Assembly (NCBI GenBank): GCA_963842525.1
Contig: CAWJGT010000009.1
Location: 32,001 to 96,000, forward strand
Direction of reading: 5' to 3'
DNA from: an uncultured Holophagales bacterium
GTDB taxonomy: Bacteria; Acidobacteriota; Thermoanaerobaculia; Multivoradales; UBA5704
Length of the DNA stretch: 64,000 nucleotides
Position numbers and translations under genes: made by a program. Shown piece by piece: positions 20,532-31,562 of this stretch; the stretch's first letter is position 1, and every line of letters starts with the position of its first letter. The notes beneath the pieces are model-generated. The model did not search any database. It was not told where the DNA came from and saw nothing but the letters and a program-made list of their open reading frames with translations.

Positions 20532-21766
20532 GGCGCGGCCGGAAGGGATGGACGGTGGCGCTGGTCGCGGGGGCCGCCCTGTTCGGGATCGTCCTGGTCG
20601 CCTTGTTCGCCAGACCGGGAGCGGCAGGGGGGCAGCTCCGTCTCGCGCGGAGCCAGCGGCTGGCTGGCGGCGCGCAAGTACCTGGAGGCCCGCGGCGCCC
20701 GGGTCACGCTCTGGCGCGAGCCCCTGGGCCGGTTCTCGGGAGACGGCGTCCTGGTCGTCACCTTTCCCTGGCAGGCCACGCCTTCGCTGGAAGCCGCCGA
20801 AGCGTTGGAAGGCCATCTCCGGCGCGGCGGCGACCTGGTGTTGGCGTACTCCGGCAGCGACGCCGGCCTGGCCGAGCTCCTGGTCCTCACGGGGTTGGGC
20901 CTGCCGCCCGCGGAGGTGCGCAAGGCGCCGCTGAGCCCGTTGGCCTGGCGGAGGTTCGTCCGCGAGGAGTGGGAGCTGCGGCCAGTCGCGAGCCCCTCAC
21001 CCCCGGCCCCTCTCCCATCGCCCCCCCTTCCCCCGGGAGAGGGGAGACCCTCGCCAAAGAGTGCTGACGAGTCAACCTTCCCCCCTCTCCCGGTCGGTGG
21101 GGGGGCGATGGGAGAGGGGGGCCAGGGGGGTGAGGTTCTTGGCCCCGTCCGCGTCTGGGCGCCGCGCTCCGTGCCCGAGCTGCCCAAGAGCGCGGAGGCC
21201 CTCTACCAGGGGCCCACGGGCCGGCCGGTGATCGCCTCGGTCCCGCGGCTCCAGGGCCGGATCTGGCTCCTGCCGGCGGACGCCCTGGCCAATGCCCGGC
21301 TGGGCGGCGCCGGCAATGCCGACCTGCTGGAGAGCCTGCTGGCGTCGCTCGGCCCGGACTGGACGTTCGACGAGTACCATCACGGGCTGGCCATCGTCCA
21401 TGCCGAAGAGCGCGGATCTTTCGAACGGATCCTGGACCTCGTCCTGATCCATCTCGCCGTCCTCTACGGCCTGGCCGTGCTGACCCTGGCGCGGCGCTTC
21501 GGTCCGGCTTGGCGGGAGCCGCCGGTGGTCGCCGGCTCGGCGGGTTCGTTCCTGCTCGGCCTGGGAGCGCTGCACCACCGCCTGGGCCACCACCGCGAGG
21601 CGGCGCGGCGCCTGCTGGACCGCGTCCGCGAGCTGGCGCCGGATGCTGTCGTACCCGAAGATCTGGCCCGCCGGGCCGAGACCGCAGATTCCCGTGGCCT
21701 GGTCGAGGTCGCACGCGCCGTCGTGCGGCTGCGGCGCGGGCGCCCGATCGTTGCAGGAGACCGAGA

Positions 21767-21770
<4 letters not shown>
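20528..21770 (+). CDS. DUF4350-like protein; frameshift near 20640; carries an in-frame repeat insertion
   Basis: N-terminal TM, GWLAARKYLE, LANARL, FDEYHHG, RRFGP. Confidence 0.72.
20993..21136. repeat. BoxC-like palindromic repeat (CCCTCACCCC..CCCCTCTCCC / GGGAGAGGGG) inserted in frame in a CDS
   Basis: Inverted pair translating as SPSPPAPLPSPPLPPGEGR...GGGAMGEGGQGGEV. Related copies lie at 24118-24404, 38255-38310 and 40235-40280. Confidence 0.75.
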
Positions 21771-22762
<992 letters not shown>

Positions 22763-22773
22763 GCGGCGTACCG

Positions 22774-24096
22774 ATGCCCGCCGCCCGCTGCTTCCAGGTC
22801 CTGGGGCTGGTCACGCTGCTGCTGGCCGTGTCCGTGATCGACGTACGGCTGGCCTTCGTGGCCCTGGCGCTGGACGCCGCCGTGGTGGTCGCCACCTGGG
22901 TCGACTTCCGCCGCGCCGCCCGCACACCGCTCCGCGCGTCGCGCCAGAGGCCGCCGCTCCTGGTGCAGGGCGCCAGCGCCGCGCTCGAGGTCGCCGTGGC
23001 CACCGAGGCCCGCCGGCGCGTAACCATCGTCCTACGGGAGGGGCTCGCGTCCACCCTGGCCGAGGCGCCGCTGCGGCGCCAGTTGGAGATCGCGGGTCCG
23101 GGCGAGGTGCGCTGGAGCTACACCCTGGTGCCGCGCCGCCGCGGCGAGCACGCGATCGCGCCGCTCACCGCCCGCGTCCTCGGACCCTGGAAGCTCGCCT
23201 GGGCGCAGCGCGACCTGTTGCCCGCCGAGGCGGCCGTGCGCGTCTATCCCCAGGTACGCTGGGAAGGGCGCGCCGGGCAGCTCCTGGCGCTGGCGCAACG
23301 GCGCCGCCTGGGGCAGATCCCCCTGCGCATCCAGGGCGCCGGCAGCGAGCCCTACGGCCTGCGCGAGTACCTGCCCGGCGATCCCGTGGCCCGCATCCAC
23401 TGGAAAGCCACGGCCCGCCACGGCCGGCCGGTCAGCCGCGAGGACACCTGGGAGCGCGGCGGCCGTCTGATCATCCTTCTGGACTGCGCCCGCGGCATGA
23501 CCTCCATGGACGGCAGCCGCAGCAAGCTCGATTATGGCCTGGCCGCCTGCCTCGCTCTCACCCGGGTGGCGGCGGCGCGAGGCGACCGCGTCACCATCCT
23601 CGCCTTCGCCGACCGCGTGGTCCGCTCGGTGCGCGTGCGTTCCGGCGGACGCGGGGTCTCCCTGGCCTATGCGGCGCTCTTCGACCTGGAGGCCGGGCTG
23701 ACCGAGCCGGCCTACGACGTGGCGGCCGAAGCGGCATTCGAGGTCGAGTCGCGGAGCGCCACGGCGGTCCTCTTCACCTCGGTGGTGGACCTCGCCGCCG
23801 CCGAGCTGCTGCGCGAGTCCATGCTGCGCCTCGGCCGGCGCCACCGGGCGCTTCTGGTCAACCTGGAAGACCCGGAGCTGCGCGCCCTGGCCGAGGACGA
23901 GCCGGAAGACCCCGTCCACGCCTTCGCCCAGGTGGCGAGCCTGGAGATCCAGCTCGCCAACCGCCGCCTGGCCCGCCACCTGCGCCGCGGCGGTGTCCGC
24001 ATCGTCAACAGCTCCGCCGACCGCCTGGCCTTGGAGACGCTGGAGGCCTACCTGGCCCTCTTCCGCGCCGGTGCGGGGATACCGGCTCGTGGGTGA
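22774..24096 (+). CDS. DUF58 (VWA-like) protein
   Basis: LREYLPGD...IHWKATAR and ILLDCARGM, downstream of MoxR. Confidence 0.92.
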   Translation: MPAARCFQVLGLVTLLLAVSVIDVRLAFVALALDAAVVVATWVDFRRAARTPLRASRQRPPLLVQGASAALEVAVATEARRRVTIVLREGLASTLAEAPLRRQLEIAGPGEVRWSYTLVPRRRGEHAIAPLTARVLGPWKLAWAQRDLLPAEAAVRVYPQVRWEGRAGQLLALAQRRRLGQIPLRIQGAGSEPYGLREYLPGDPVARIHWKATARHGRPVSREDTWERGGRLIILLDCARGMTSMDGSRSKLDYGLAACLALTRVAAARGDRVTILAFADRVVRSVRVRSGGRGVSLAYAALFDLEAGLTEPAYDVAAEAAFEVESRSATAVLFTSVVDLAAAELLRESMLRLGRRHRALLVNLEDPELRALAEDEPEDPVHAFAQVASLEIQLANRRLARHLRRGGVRIVNSSADRLALETLEAYLALFRAGAGIPARG

Positions 24097-24117
24097 GAGG
24101 GGGAAAGTCCTGCGCGA

Positions 24118-24404
24118 GCCGTGGGCCCTCACCCCCCTACCCCCCTCTCCCATCCTCACACCCTTCCCCCGGGAGAGGGGGGACGCGGCTCAGGCCACAG
24201 AGACAATGTCGAAGCCCGCCGTTGCTCTGTCATCCTGAGCGAAGCGAAGGATCTGGGGGTTGGGAAGCTCCGTCCGCCCAGATTCTTCGCTGCGCTCAGA
24301 ATGACGGTCGTGGGCTCGCGCTGACCGTCCCGCATGCGTCCCCCCTCTCCCGGGGGAAGGGTGTGAGGATGGGAGAGGGGGGTAGGGGGGTGAGGGCCCA
24401 CGGC
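24118..24404. repeat. Nested palindromic element: ~69-bp perfect inverted repeat enclosing a GTCATCCTGAGCG-type REP-like hairpin
   Basis: 24118-24186 is the reverse complement of 24336-24404. Inner GTCATCCTGAGCGAAGCGAAGGATCTGGG / CCCAGATTCTTCGCTGCGCTCAGAATGAC at 24229-24305. Confidence 0.85.
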
Positions 24405-24450
24405 GACGCCGGCAGCAGAGCTTTCCGAACACCTCTGACAAAATGGGAGC

Positions 24451-25749
24451 ATGGCAGCCTTGGTGATCCGCAGCCAGCGGGTGGTGACCCCCGAGGGGGT
24501 ACATCCCGCCACGGTCCATATCCGGGAGGGCAGGATCGAACGCGTGGGCTCCCCGGACGAGACCGCTTCGATCGACTGCGGCGACTCGGTCCTGATGCCG
24601 GGGATCGTGGACACCCACGTGCACATCAACGAGCCGGGCCGGACCGAGTGGGAAGGGTTCGAGACGGCCACGTCGGCCGCGGCGGCCGGGGGCGTTACCA
24701 CCCTGGTGGACATGCCGCTCAACAGCATCCCGGCCACGACCAGCAGTGAGGCGCTGCGGGCCAAGAGAGCCTCGGCTGCGGGAAAGTGTGCAGTCGACGT
24801 GGAATTCTGGGGCGGCGTGGTACCGGGCAATGCATCTGAGCTGCCGGGATTGCTGACCGACGGTGTTCGCGGCTTCAAATGCTTCCTGGTCCCCTCTGGA
24901 GTGGATGAGTTCCAGCACGTCGGGGAGGCCGACCTGCGGGAGGCCATGCCCATCCTGGCGCGGCACGGGGCCGTGCTCCTCGTCCATGCCGAGCTGCCGG
25001 GACCGATCGACGCGGCGGCACGGGTATGGGACGGCGCGGGGCCGGAGGAGCTGCGGTCCTACGAGCGCTACCTGCGGTCCCGTCCCGACGCGGCCGAGAT
25101 GGAGGCGGTCGAGCTGATGGTGCGCCTCTGCCGGGAGACCGGCTGCCGGGTCCATATCGTCCACGTCGCGTCCGCGGAAGTCTTGCCGGTGCTCCGGCGG
25201 GCGCGGGAGGAAGGGCTGCCGGTCACCGCCGAGACCTGCCCGCACTACCTGACCTTTGCCGCGGAAGAGATCCCCGACGGCGGGGTCGCCTTCAAGTGCG
25301 CGCCGCCGATCCGCTCGCAGGAGAACCGGGAGCGCCTGTGGGATGCCTTGCGGGACGGGCTGCTCGATCTCGTGGCCACGGACCACTCGCCGTGTCCGCC
25401 TGTGCTCAAGAAGATCGAGACCGGCGACTTCCGCGGCGCCTGGGGCGGCATCGCCTCGCTGCAGCTCGCCCTGTCCGCGGTGTGGACCGGAGCCCGGGAG
25501 CGCGGCTTCACGGTGGCCGACCTGGCAGAGTGGATGTGCGCGGCCCCGGCACAGCTTGCCGGCCTCGAAGGGAGGAAAGGAGCCATCGCTCCGGGATACG
25601 ATGCGGACCTGGTGATCTGGGATCCTGAGGCGAGCTTCGTGGTGGACCCCGCGATGCTCCGCCACCGACACCCGATCACACCCTACGTGGGGCGGACGCT
25701 TCATGGCGTGGTTCACCGGACCCTGCTGCGAGGAGAGGATGTCTTCTGA
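24451..25749 (+). CDS. allB: Allantoinase
   Basis: DTHVHINEPGRTEWEGF, DMPLNSIP, ETCPHYL, FKCAPPIR, TDHSP. Confidence 0.95.
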   Translation: MAALVIRSQRVVTPEGVHPATVHIREGRIERVGSPDETASIDCGDSVLMPGIVDTHVHINEPGRTEWEGFETATSAAAAGGVTTLVDMPLNSIPATTSSEALRAKRASAAGKCAVDVEFWGGVVPGNASELPGLLTDGVRGFKCFLVPSGVDEFQHVGEADLREAMPILARHGAVLLVHAELPGPIDAAARVWDGAGPEELRSYERYLRSRPDAAEMEAVELMVRLCRETGCRVHIVHVASAEVLPVLRRAREEGLPVTAETCPHYLTFAAEEIPDGGVAFKCAPPIRSQENRERLWDALRDGLLDLVATDHSPCPPVLKKIETGDFRGAWGGIASLQLALSAVWTGARERGFTVADLAEWMCAAPAQLAGLEGRKGAIAPGYDADLVIWDPEASFVVDPAMLRHRHPITPYVGRTLHGVVHRTLLRGEDVF

Positions 25750-26759
25750 TGACCGATTTCACTGAGCTTGTGGACCTCGCGGCCGAGCGGCTGGGCGGCG
25801 CGGTCCTGGCGGCGAACGACGAATTCTTCGCGCCCAAGGAGAACCTGCTCAAGGCCGCCGAGCCGGTCTGGATCGAGGGCAAGTACACCGACGTCGGCAA
25901 GTGGATGGACGGCTGGGAGACCCGGCGGCGGCGCGAGCCGGGCCACGACTGGTGCGTCGTCCGCCTCGGCCTGCCCGGGGTGCTCCGCGGCGTGATCGTC
26001 GATACCGCCTATTTCCGCGGCAACTACCCCGAGGCCTGCTCGCTCGAAGCCTGCGCGGTGCCGGGCCATCCGGCGCCCGAGGAGCTGACGCCCGACCGGG
26101 TGACGTGGACCGAGGTCCTGCCCCGGTCGCCGCTCCAGGGAAACACGAAGAACCGCTTTCCGATCGAAGCGGACGCCGGACGGGTCACCCACCTCCGCCT
26201 CCTCATCTATCCGGACGGCGGCGTCGCGCGGCTGCGGGCCTATGGAGAGGTCACGGCCGACTGGGCGCGGCTGGCTCGCTTCGGCAGCGAGGTCGACCTG
26301 GCGGCGGTCGAGAACGGCGGCCTCGTGGCCGCGGCGAGCGATATGTTTTTCGGCTCGCGGCACAGCCTGATTCTGCCCGGACCGTCGCGGGGCATGCACG
26401 ACGGCTGGGAGACGCGGCGACGGCGGGGACCGGGCCACGACTGGGCGATCCTGCGGCTGGGGGCGCGCGGCACGGTCCACCGGATCGAGGTGGACACCTC
26501 ACATTTCAAAGGCAACGCACCCGGGTCCTGCTCGATCGAAGGCTGTGATGTTGCCGACGCCCTGCCCGAGCAGCTCGCCCAGCCCACCTTCGGCGGTTGG
26601 CGGGAGATCCTGCCGCGCACGCCTCTGCGGCCCCACACCGTACACCGGTTCGACGAGGTCGCCGCGGCCGGACCGTTCACTCACGCCCGCCTCAACATCT
26701 ACCCGGACGGCGGCGTGGCGCGGCTGCGGCTCTTCGGCCGGCCGGGAGGTGTGCGGTGA
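25749..26759 (+). CDS. alc: Allantoicase
   Basis: Two repeats of DGWETRRRR..GHDW and YPDGGVARLR. Confidence 0.95.
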   Translation: MTDFTELVDLAAERLGGAVLAANDEFFAPKENLLKAAEPVWIEGKYTDVGKWMDGWETRRRREPGHDWCVVRLGLPGVLRGVIVDTAYFRGNYPEACSLEACAVPGHPAPEELTPDRVTWTEVLPRSPLQGNTKNRFPIEADAGRVTHLRLLIYPDGGVARLRAYGEVTADWARLARFGSEVDLAAVENGGLVAAASDMFFGSRHSLILPGPSRGMHDGWETRRRRGPGHDWAILRLGARGTVHRIEVDTSHFKGNAPGSCSIEGCDVADALPEQLAQPTFGGWREILPRTPLRPHTVHRFDEVAAAGPFTHARLNIYPDGGVARLRLFGRPGGVR

Positions 26760-27241
26760 GCCGGGGCCTGGAGCGGTTGAATGCGGCATCGGCCTCGGAC
26801 GCCGAGGCCATGCTCCAGCCGTGCTGCGGCTCCCACGCCTGGATGCGCCGGACGGCGGAGAGCCGGCCCTTCCGCGATCTGGACGACCTCTACGACACCT
26901 CCGACCGGATCTGGCGGAGCCTCGGCCCCGAGGATTGGCTGGAGGCCTTCGCCGCCCATCCGCGGATCGGCGAACGCGGCGGCCGCTGGGCGCGGCAGGA
27001 GCAGGCCGGAGCCGCCAACGCCGCCGAGGAGGTCCTCGCCGAGCTGGCCGCGGGAAACCGCCAGTACGAGGACCGTTTCGGGTACATCTTCATCGTCTGC
27101 GCCACGGGCAAGAGCGCCGAAGAGATGCTCGACCTCCTGCGCGAGAGGCTCGGCAATGATCCGGAGACCGAGCTCCGCGTCGCCGCCGAAGAACAGCGGA
27201 AGATCACGAACCTCCGGCTTGAAAAACTCCTGGGATCATGA
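26756..27241 (+). CDS. uraD: OHCU decarboxylase
   Basis: CCGS..W, AHPRIG, YEDRFGYIFIVCA, EEQRKI..LRL. GTG start overlaps the alc stop. Confidence 0.93.
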   Translation: MSRGLERLNAASASDAEAMLQPCCGSHAWMRRTAESRPFRDLDDLYDTSDRIWRSLGPEDWLEAFAAHPRIGERGGRWARQEQAGAANAAEEVLAELAAGNRQYEDRFGYIFIVCATGKSAEEMLDLLRERLGNDPETELRVAAEEQRKITNLRLEKLLGS

Positions 27242-27579
27242 GCGGAATCACCACCCACGTCCTCGACACCTCGCGCGGCCGGCCGGCGAGCGGCGTCCCC
27301 GTCCTCCTGGAAATGCGATCGGAAGACGGCTGGCGGGAGATCGGCCGCGCCGAGACCGATCCCGACGGCCGTGCCCGGCAGCTCCTGCCCGCGGGCTCGG
27401 TCTTGACGGAGGGCGTCTACCGCCTCACGTTCGGGATCGAAACCTATTTCCAGGCGCAGGGGATCGAGGGCTTCTATCCCGAGGCCTCCATCGTCTTCCA
27501 CGTGCGGGACACGGCCCAGCACTACCACGTGCCGCTCCTGCTGAGCCCGTACGGCTATTCGACCTACCGGGGGAGCTGA
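27238..27579 (+). CDS. uraH: 5-hydroxyisourate hydrolase
   Basis: ITTHVLD...GRPA and HYHVPLLLSPYGYSTYRGS. Confidence 0.96.
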   Translation: MSGITTHVLDTSRGRPASGVPVLLEMRSEDGWREIGRAETDPDGRARQLLPAGSVLTEGVYRLTFGIETYFQAQGIEGFYPEASIVFHVRDTAQHYHVPLLLSPYGYSTYRGS

Positions 27580-27581
27580 GC

Positions 27582-28424
27582 ATGCCCGTCACCCTGAGCG
27601 AAAACAACTATGGGAAACAGGCGGTGCGGCTGGTCACCGTCCGCCGCGGCGCGGAGCGCCACCGGCTCCAGGACGTCACGGTCGCGATCCATTTCTCAGG
27701 GGATTTCACGTCCGCCTACACCGACGGAGACAACCAGGAGGTCCTCCCCACGGACACCATGAAGAACACCGTCTACGCGCTGGCCGCTCAGCATCCGTTC
27801 GAGGACATCGAAGACTTCGGCCTCGCGCTGACCGATCACTTTTTGCAGGAGAGCCCGCGCGCCTCAACCGTCCAGGTCGATCTCGCCGAGCACCTCTGGG
27901 AGCCGATCGAAGCGGGAGGAGCGCCCCATCCGCACGCCTTCCGCAAGGCCGGCAGTGAGAAGCGTACCGCGGTCGTGACGCGCGACCGGGAAGGGGTTCG
28001 GGTGCAGGCCGGCCTCGAAGACCTGGTGGTGATGAAGACCGCGAAATCCGCCTTCGAAGGCTTTCCACGCGACCGCTACACGACACTCAAGGAGACCGCG
28101 GACCGCCTCCTTGCCACAGCAGTGCGAGCCACCTGGCGGTACTCGCGTCCCTACGTCCCCTACGGCGATCTCTGGAGCGAGGTGCGGCGCCTCCTCCTCG
28201 AGACCTTCGCGGAGCACGACAGCCGCTCCGTCCAGCAGACCCTCTACGCCATGGGTGAGGCGGTCCTGGAGACCCTGGACGTCGAAGAGATCCACATCGC
28301 CATGCCCAACCTCCACCACCTGCCGGTCGACCTCACCCCCTTCGACCTGGAGAACCGCAACGAGATTTTCGTGGCGACCGCCGAGCCCTACGGGCTGATC
28401 GAGGGGACGATGCGGCGGGGGTGA
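27582..28424 (+). CDS. pucL: Urate oxidase (factor-independent uricase)
   Basis: NYGK, PTDTMKNTVY, KTAKSAFEGF.RD.YTTL.ET.DR, SVQQTLY, MPN.H. Confidence 0.95.
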   Translation: MPVTLSENNYGKQAVRLVTVRRGAERHRLQDVTVAIHFSGDFTSAYTDGDNQEVLPTDTMKNTVYALAAQHPFEDIEDFGLALTDHFLQESPRASTVQVDLAEHLWEPIEAGGAPHPHAFRKAGSEKRTAVVTRDREGVRVQAGLEDLVVMKTAKSAFEGFPRDRYTTLKETADRLLATAVRATWRYSRPYVPYGDLWSEVRRLLLETFAEHDSRSVQQTLYAMGEAVLETLDVEEIHIAMPNLHHLPVDLTPFDLENRNEIFVATAEPYGLIEGTMRRG

Positions 28425-28492
28425 GGTTCTCGACATGTGTTATCGTAACGACATGACCGAATTTTCCTTGGCCTTTGCCTGAGGAAACCGCG

Positions 28493-28807
28493 GTGAAACA
28501 GGAAGAGTTGCTTCAGCGTGTGAAACAGACGATCCACGAGGGAGAACCCGGGGCAGAGATCATTCTGTACGGGTCACGCGCTCGCCAGGAAGCCAGGTCC
28601 GAGTCCGATTGGGATTTTCTTGTGCTCCTTGATGGGCCAATGAGCGAAGCGCGCGCAGATTCTATTCGACACCGGTTGTACGAAATTGAATGGGAGAGCG
28701 GGGAAATCTTATGTGCCGTCGTGCGGAGCCGCCAGGATTGGCATAGCCCGCGCTACCGTGCCATGCCGTTTCGGCAAAACGTGGAGCGTGAGGGAGTAGC
28801 GTTGTAA
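28493..28807 (+). CDS. Minimal nucleotidyltransferase (MNT), with no HEPN partner
   Basis: ILYGSRAR....ESDWDFLVL and F..NVEREG. Confidence 0.85.
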   Translation: MKQEELLQRVKQTIHEGEPGAEIILYGSRARQEARSESDWDFLVLLDGPMSEARADSIRHRLYEIEWESGEILCAVVRSRQDWHSPRYRAMPFRQNVEREGVAL

Positions 28808-28941
28808 TGGAGGCAGGCGCAGCGGAAGCCGCACGGGCAGGGGCGGGCCTCGGCACCCCAGCCCGCCACGGCTGCCAACCAGCTTCGACCGCACACGAGT
28901 TGGGCAGGAATGGGCTACCATGGAGCATGATGGAGGTCTCG

Positions 28942-29226
28942 ATGGCACGCATCTCGTTCAACATGACCGAGGACATCCACCCAGCCGCTGACCTCGGGTC
29001 CAGGGCCGCGGATCTGCTCAAGCGGGTCCAGGAGACGCGCCGCCCCATTGTCCTTACTCAGGAGGGACGGGGTACGGCGGTTCTCGTCGATTTCGGCAGC
29101 TTCCAGTCCCTACTGGAAGAGCTGGAGCTCCTCCGCGATGTCCACCGGGGGCTCGCCGACGTTGAAGCCGAGCTGGTCGTCCCCCATGACGAGGCCCGTG
29201 CTCGCCTCCTGGCTCGATACGCATAG
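28942..29226 (+). CDS. Phd/YefM-family antitoxin, orphan
   Basis: EDIHP...AADLLKRVQETRRPIVLTQEGR..AVL...RGLADVEA. Confidence 0.8.
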   Translation: MARISFNMTEDIHPAADLGSRAADLLKRVQETRRPIVLTQEGRGTAVLVDFGSFQSLLEELELLRDVHRGLADVEAELVVPHDEARARLLARYA

Positions 29227-29293
29227 ACCGTAACTGGCCGGGTCGAGCGGGCTGTCAAGGCCGGGCGTCGCAGCTACTTCATAGGGTGACTTG

Positions 29294-29800
29294 ATGTCAT
29301 TCGTCGATCCCTACATCGTGCCGCTGACCCTGCTCGCTGCGGTGGGGTGCGGCCTCATGGCCGGGCTATTCTTTGCCTTCTCAAACTTCGTGATGAAGGC
29401 CCTCGTGCGCCTCCCTTCTGAGCAAGGAATAGCCGCCATGCAGCACATCAACGTGACGGTCATCAACCCGGTCTTCCTTTTCATCTTTCTCGGAACTGCG
29501 GTGCTCTCGGTGGTCTTGGGGCTCTACTCGCTCACACATTGGGGAGCGGCGGCTTCGCCATGGCTTGTTGTCGGGAGCGCTTGCTACCTCTTTGGTACCT
29601 TCGGCGTAACGATGGCATTCAACGTGCCTCTGAATAATCTGCTCGCGCGAACCAATCCTTCCGCCTCCACATCTGCCGATACCTGGTCCAGCTATGTATC
29701 GCGTTGGCTGCGTTGGAATCACGTCAGAGCTGTCATGGCCGTCGCAGCTACCGCGTCGCTTGTCTATGGACTGACTCGTCTTGCCGATGCCGGCGTGTAG
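29294..29800 (+). CDS. DUF1772 / anthrone oxygenase family membrane protein
   Basis: GLFFAFSNFVM.AL, MQ.IN, T..FNVPLN..L, W..WNHVR. Confidence 0.9.
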   Translation: MSFVDPYIVPLTLLAAVGCGLMAGLFFAFSNFVMKALVRLPSEQGIAAMQHINVTVINPVFLFIFLGTAVLSVVLGLYSLTHWGAAASPWLVVGSACYLFGTFGVTMAFNVPLNNLLARTNPSASTSADTWSSYVSRWLRWNHVRAVMAVAATASLVYGLTRLADAGV

Positions 29801-29827
29801 GCGCTGGATCGAAACTCACGGTGATGA

Positions 29828-30044
29828 AGAGCCCCGAAGGGGCATGGGCGTAAAGCCTGGGGTTTTCAACCCCAGGACCTCGGTCCAATATTGACCCAAG
29901 CCCCGAAGGGGCGACGGCACGGGCAAGGGGCGCGAGCCCCGATGCGGTGGTGGAAGCACGCAGATCGAGGCTGAAGAATGCCTGCGCCCCTTCGGGGCTC
30001 AGGAGGATTTGGGGCCACCCACCTGGCGCTGAAGCGCCAGGCTT
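29828..30044. repeat. Cluster of REP-like hairpins (AGCCCCGAAGGGGC; CCTGG...CCAGG)
   Basis: Units at 29829-29876, 29899-29915 and 29984-30043. The last is interrupted by the IS110. Confidence 0.7.
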
Positions 30045-30066
30045 CTATGTGGGCCCCCGTTGTCAA

Positions 30067-30420
30067 GCGTTTCGGGTAAGTGGGTCTGCGTTTCGTCTCC
30101 TTCCTGAATGCCGCCTGAGGTTTGTTGCCCGGAGCTCCCCCGGCAGCAAGGTGCTGTTTCTCCTACCTCAAATGCGATCCCGTCTGGGGCTTGCCGATTG
30201 CGCCAGGAACCGTAGTCCCCGTCAAGCTTCTATCCGTGCTGACCTCCCTCAATTTCTTGGAGAGGGCACCAAATGCAGCATGCGCTGCGAGCGACTCGGG
30301 CAAGCAAACGGAGCGGCCCCATCTTTAATGGCGGCTCGAAACCGAACCCAGCCTGGCGCCGGGCACGCTCCTCCCAGCCTGAAATCTCCTATTTTGCGGT
30401 CACACTTTCTGCCTCTTGAT
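30067..30420 (-). ncRNA. Candidate bridge/seekRNA in the IS110 3' non-coding end
   Basis: ~350 nt non-coding with short matches to the target flank (30350-30359 is the reverse complement of 30034-30043) and to the element end (30226-30233 equals 30041-30048). Confidence 0.55.
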
Positions 30421-30422
30421 CC

Positions 30423-31562
30423 TTACCTGGCCTTCAGCTCAGCGCCATCAGGAATGATCCCTTGGTCCAAGTAGCGCCACAGCGCGGTCAGAAGCTTGCG
30501 CGCCAGGGCCACGATCCCTACCCGTCGCGAGCGCCGGTTCCCAGGGCCATAGCGCCCCTGGAACCATAAGCTCAAGCGGCTCTGCGGCTGGAACCGCAAC
30601 CACGCCCAGGCGATCTCGATCGACATCGTACGCACCCGCACATTGCCGGACTTACTGATCCCCTGCTCGTGGTCCACCGTCGTGCCGCTCTTGTAGGGCA
30701 TCGGCGTCAACCCAGCCAAGCTGCCTACCTCACGGCGATTCCGGAACTGCCGCCAGCCAAAAAATTCCAGGACGAACAACCAGGCGCTGTTGTCGCCGAT
30801 GGCCTTGAGCTTTTTCAGCCGCTGCACCATCCCGCCCTCTCTGGACGCGGCTTCGGCCCGCTGCCGAGTTTGCTCCAACTCCTTGATCTGACTCTCCAGA
30901 AGCTCCAGCCGCTCGACTTCCCGACGCAGACGCTCCCGCAAGACTGGCAGCAGCGGCTCGCCGTTCCACTGCCGCAACTGCTCCAACTGCTGCGCAAACC
31001 CCTTGCCTACCTTCACCCGGATTCCAAGGCTCACCAGCAAGGACTTGATCCGATTGGTGTGGGCCGTCCGCTCCTGCTTCAGGCCCTCCAACTCTCGACC
31101 CAGGTGGCGCACATCCTCCTGCTCCGGCGTCGGCGCATGCGCCACACCGAACACTTTTCTTTCACCTGCCGCGTAGCGGATCAGCAGCGACAGCAACTTC
31201 TCAGCGTCAACCCGGTCCGTCTTCGCCCGCCGAGCCCGACGATTCACCTCGATGCTCGAGGAGTCCACCACAACGTTCTCCACACCCTCCAGCAGCAAGA
31301 ACCGGTGAAGCCAGAATCCATCCCGGCCTGCCTCGTAGCAACTCACGACAGGAGTTGTTTCCGGTAAACCGAAACGGTGTTTGGCGCGTCCGATCTCCAA
31401 CATCAGCCCGTTGAGATCCCCGGCCGCCACCGAGCGCAGCCGAGGTTTCGGGCCAGCCTCCGCAGCAAAAGCCAACTTCCACTCGCTACCGCCCAGCTCC
31501 AATGCCACGTGCAATGCTCTCTCCGTTCGCGTAAACTCTGCCTTCTGGGCTGTCTGGTTCAT
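30423..31562 (-). CDS. IS110-family transposase/recombinase
   Basis: ALELG, CYEAG, RAKTDRVDA (DEDD RuvC), AGLTPMPYKSG (catalytic Ser), GISKSGN.RVR, ALARKL. Confidence 0.95.
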   Translation of the reverse strand: MNQTAQKAEFTRTERALHVALELGGSEWKLAFAAEAGPKPRLRSVAAGDLNGLMLEIGRAKHRFGLPETTPVVSCYEAGRDGFWLHRFLLLEGVENVVVDSSSIEVNRRARRAKTDRVDAEKLLSLLIRYAAGERKVFGVAHAPTPEQEDVRHLGRELEGLKQERTAHTNRIKSLLVSLGIRVKVGKGFAQQLEQLRQWNGEPLLPVLRERLRREVERLELLESQIKELEQTRQRAEAASREGGMVQRLKKLKAIGDNSAWLFVLEFFGWRQFRNRREVGSLAGLTPMPYKSGTTVDHEQGISKSGNVRVRTMSIEIAWAWLRFQPQSRLSLWFQGRYGPGNRRSRRVGIVALARKLLTALWRYLDQGIIPDGAELKAR

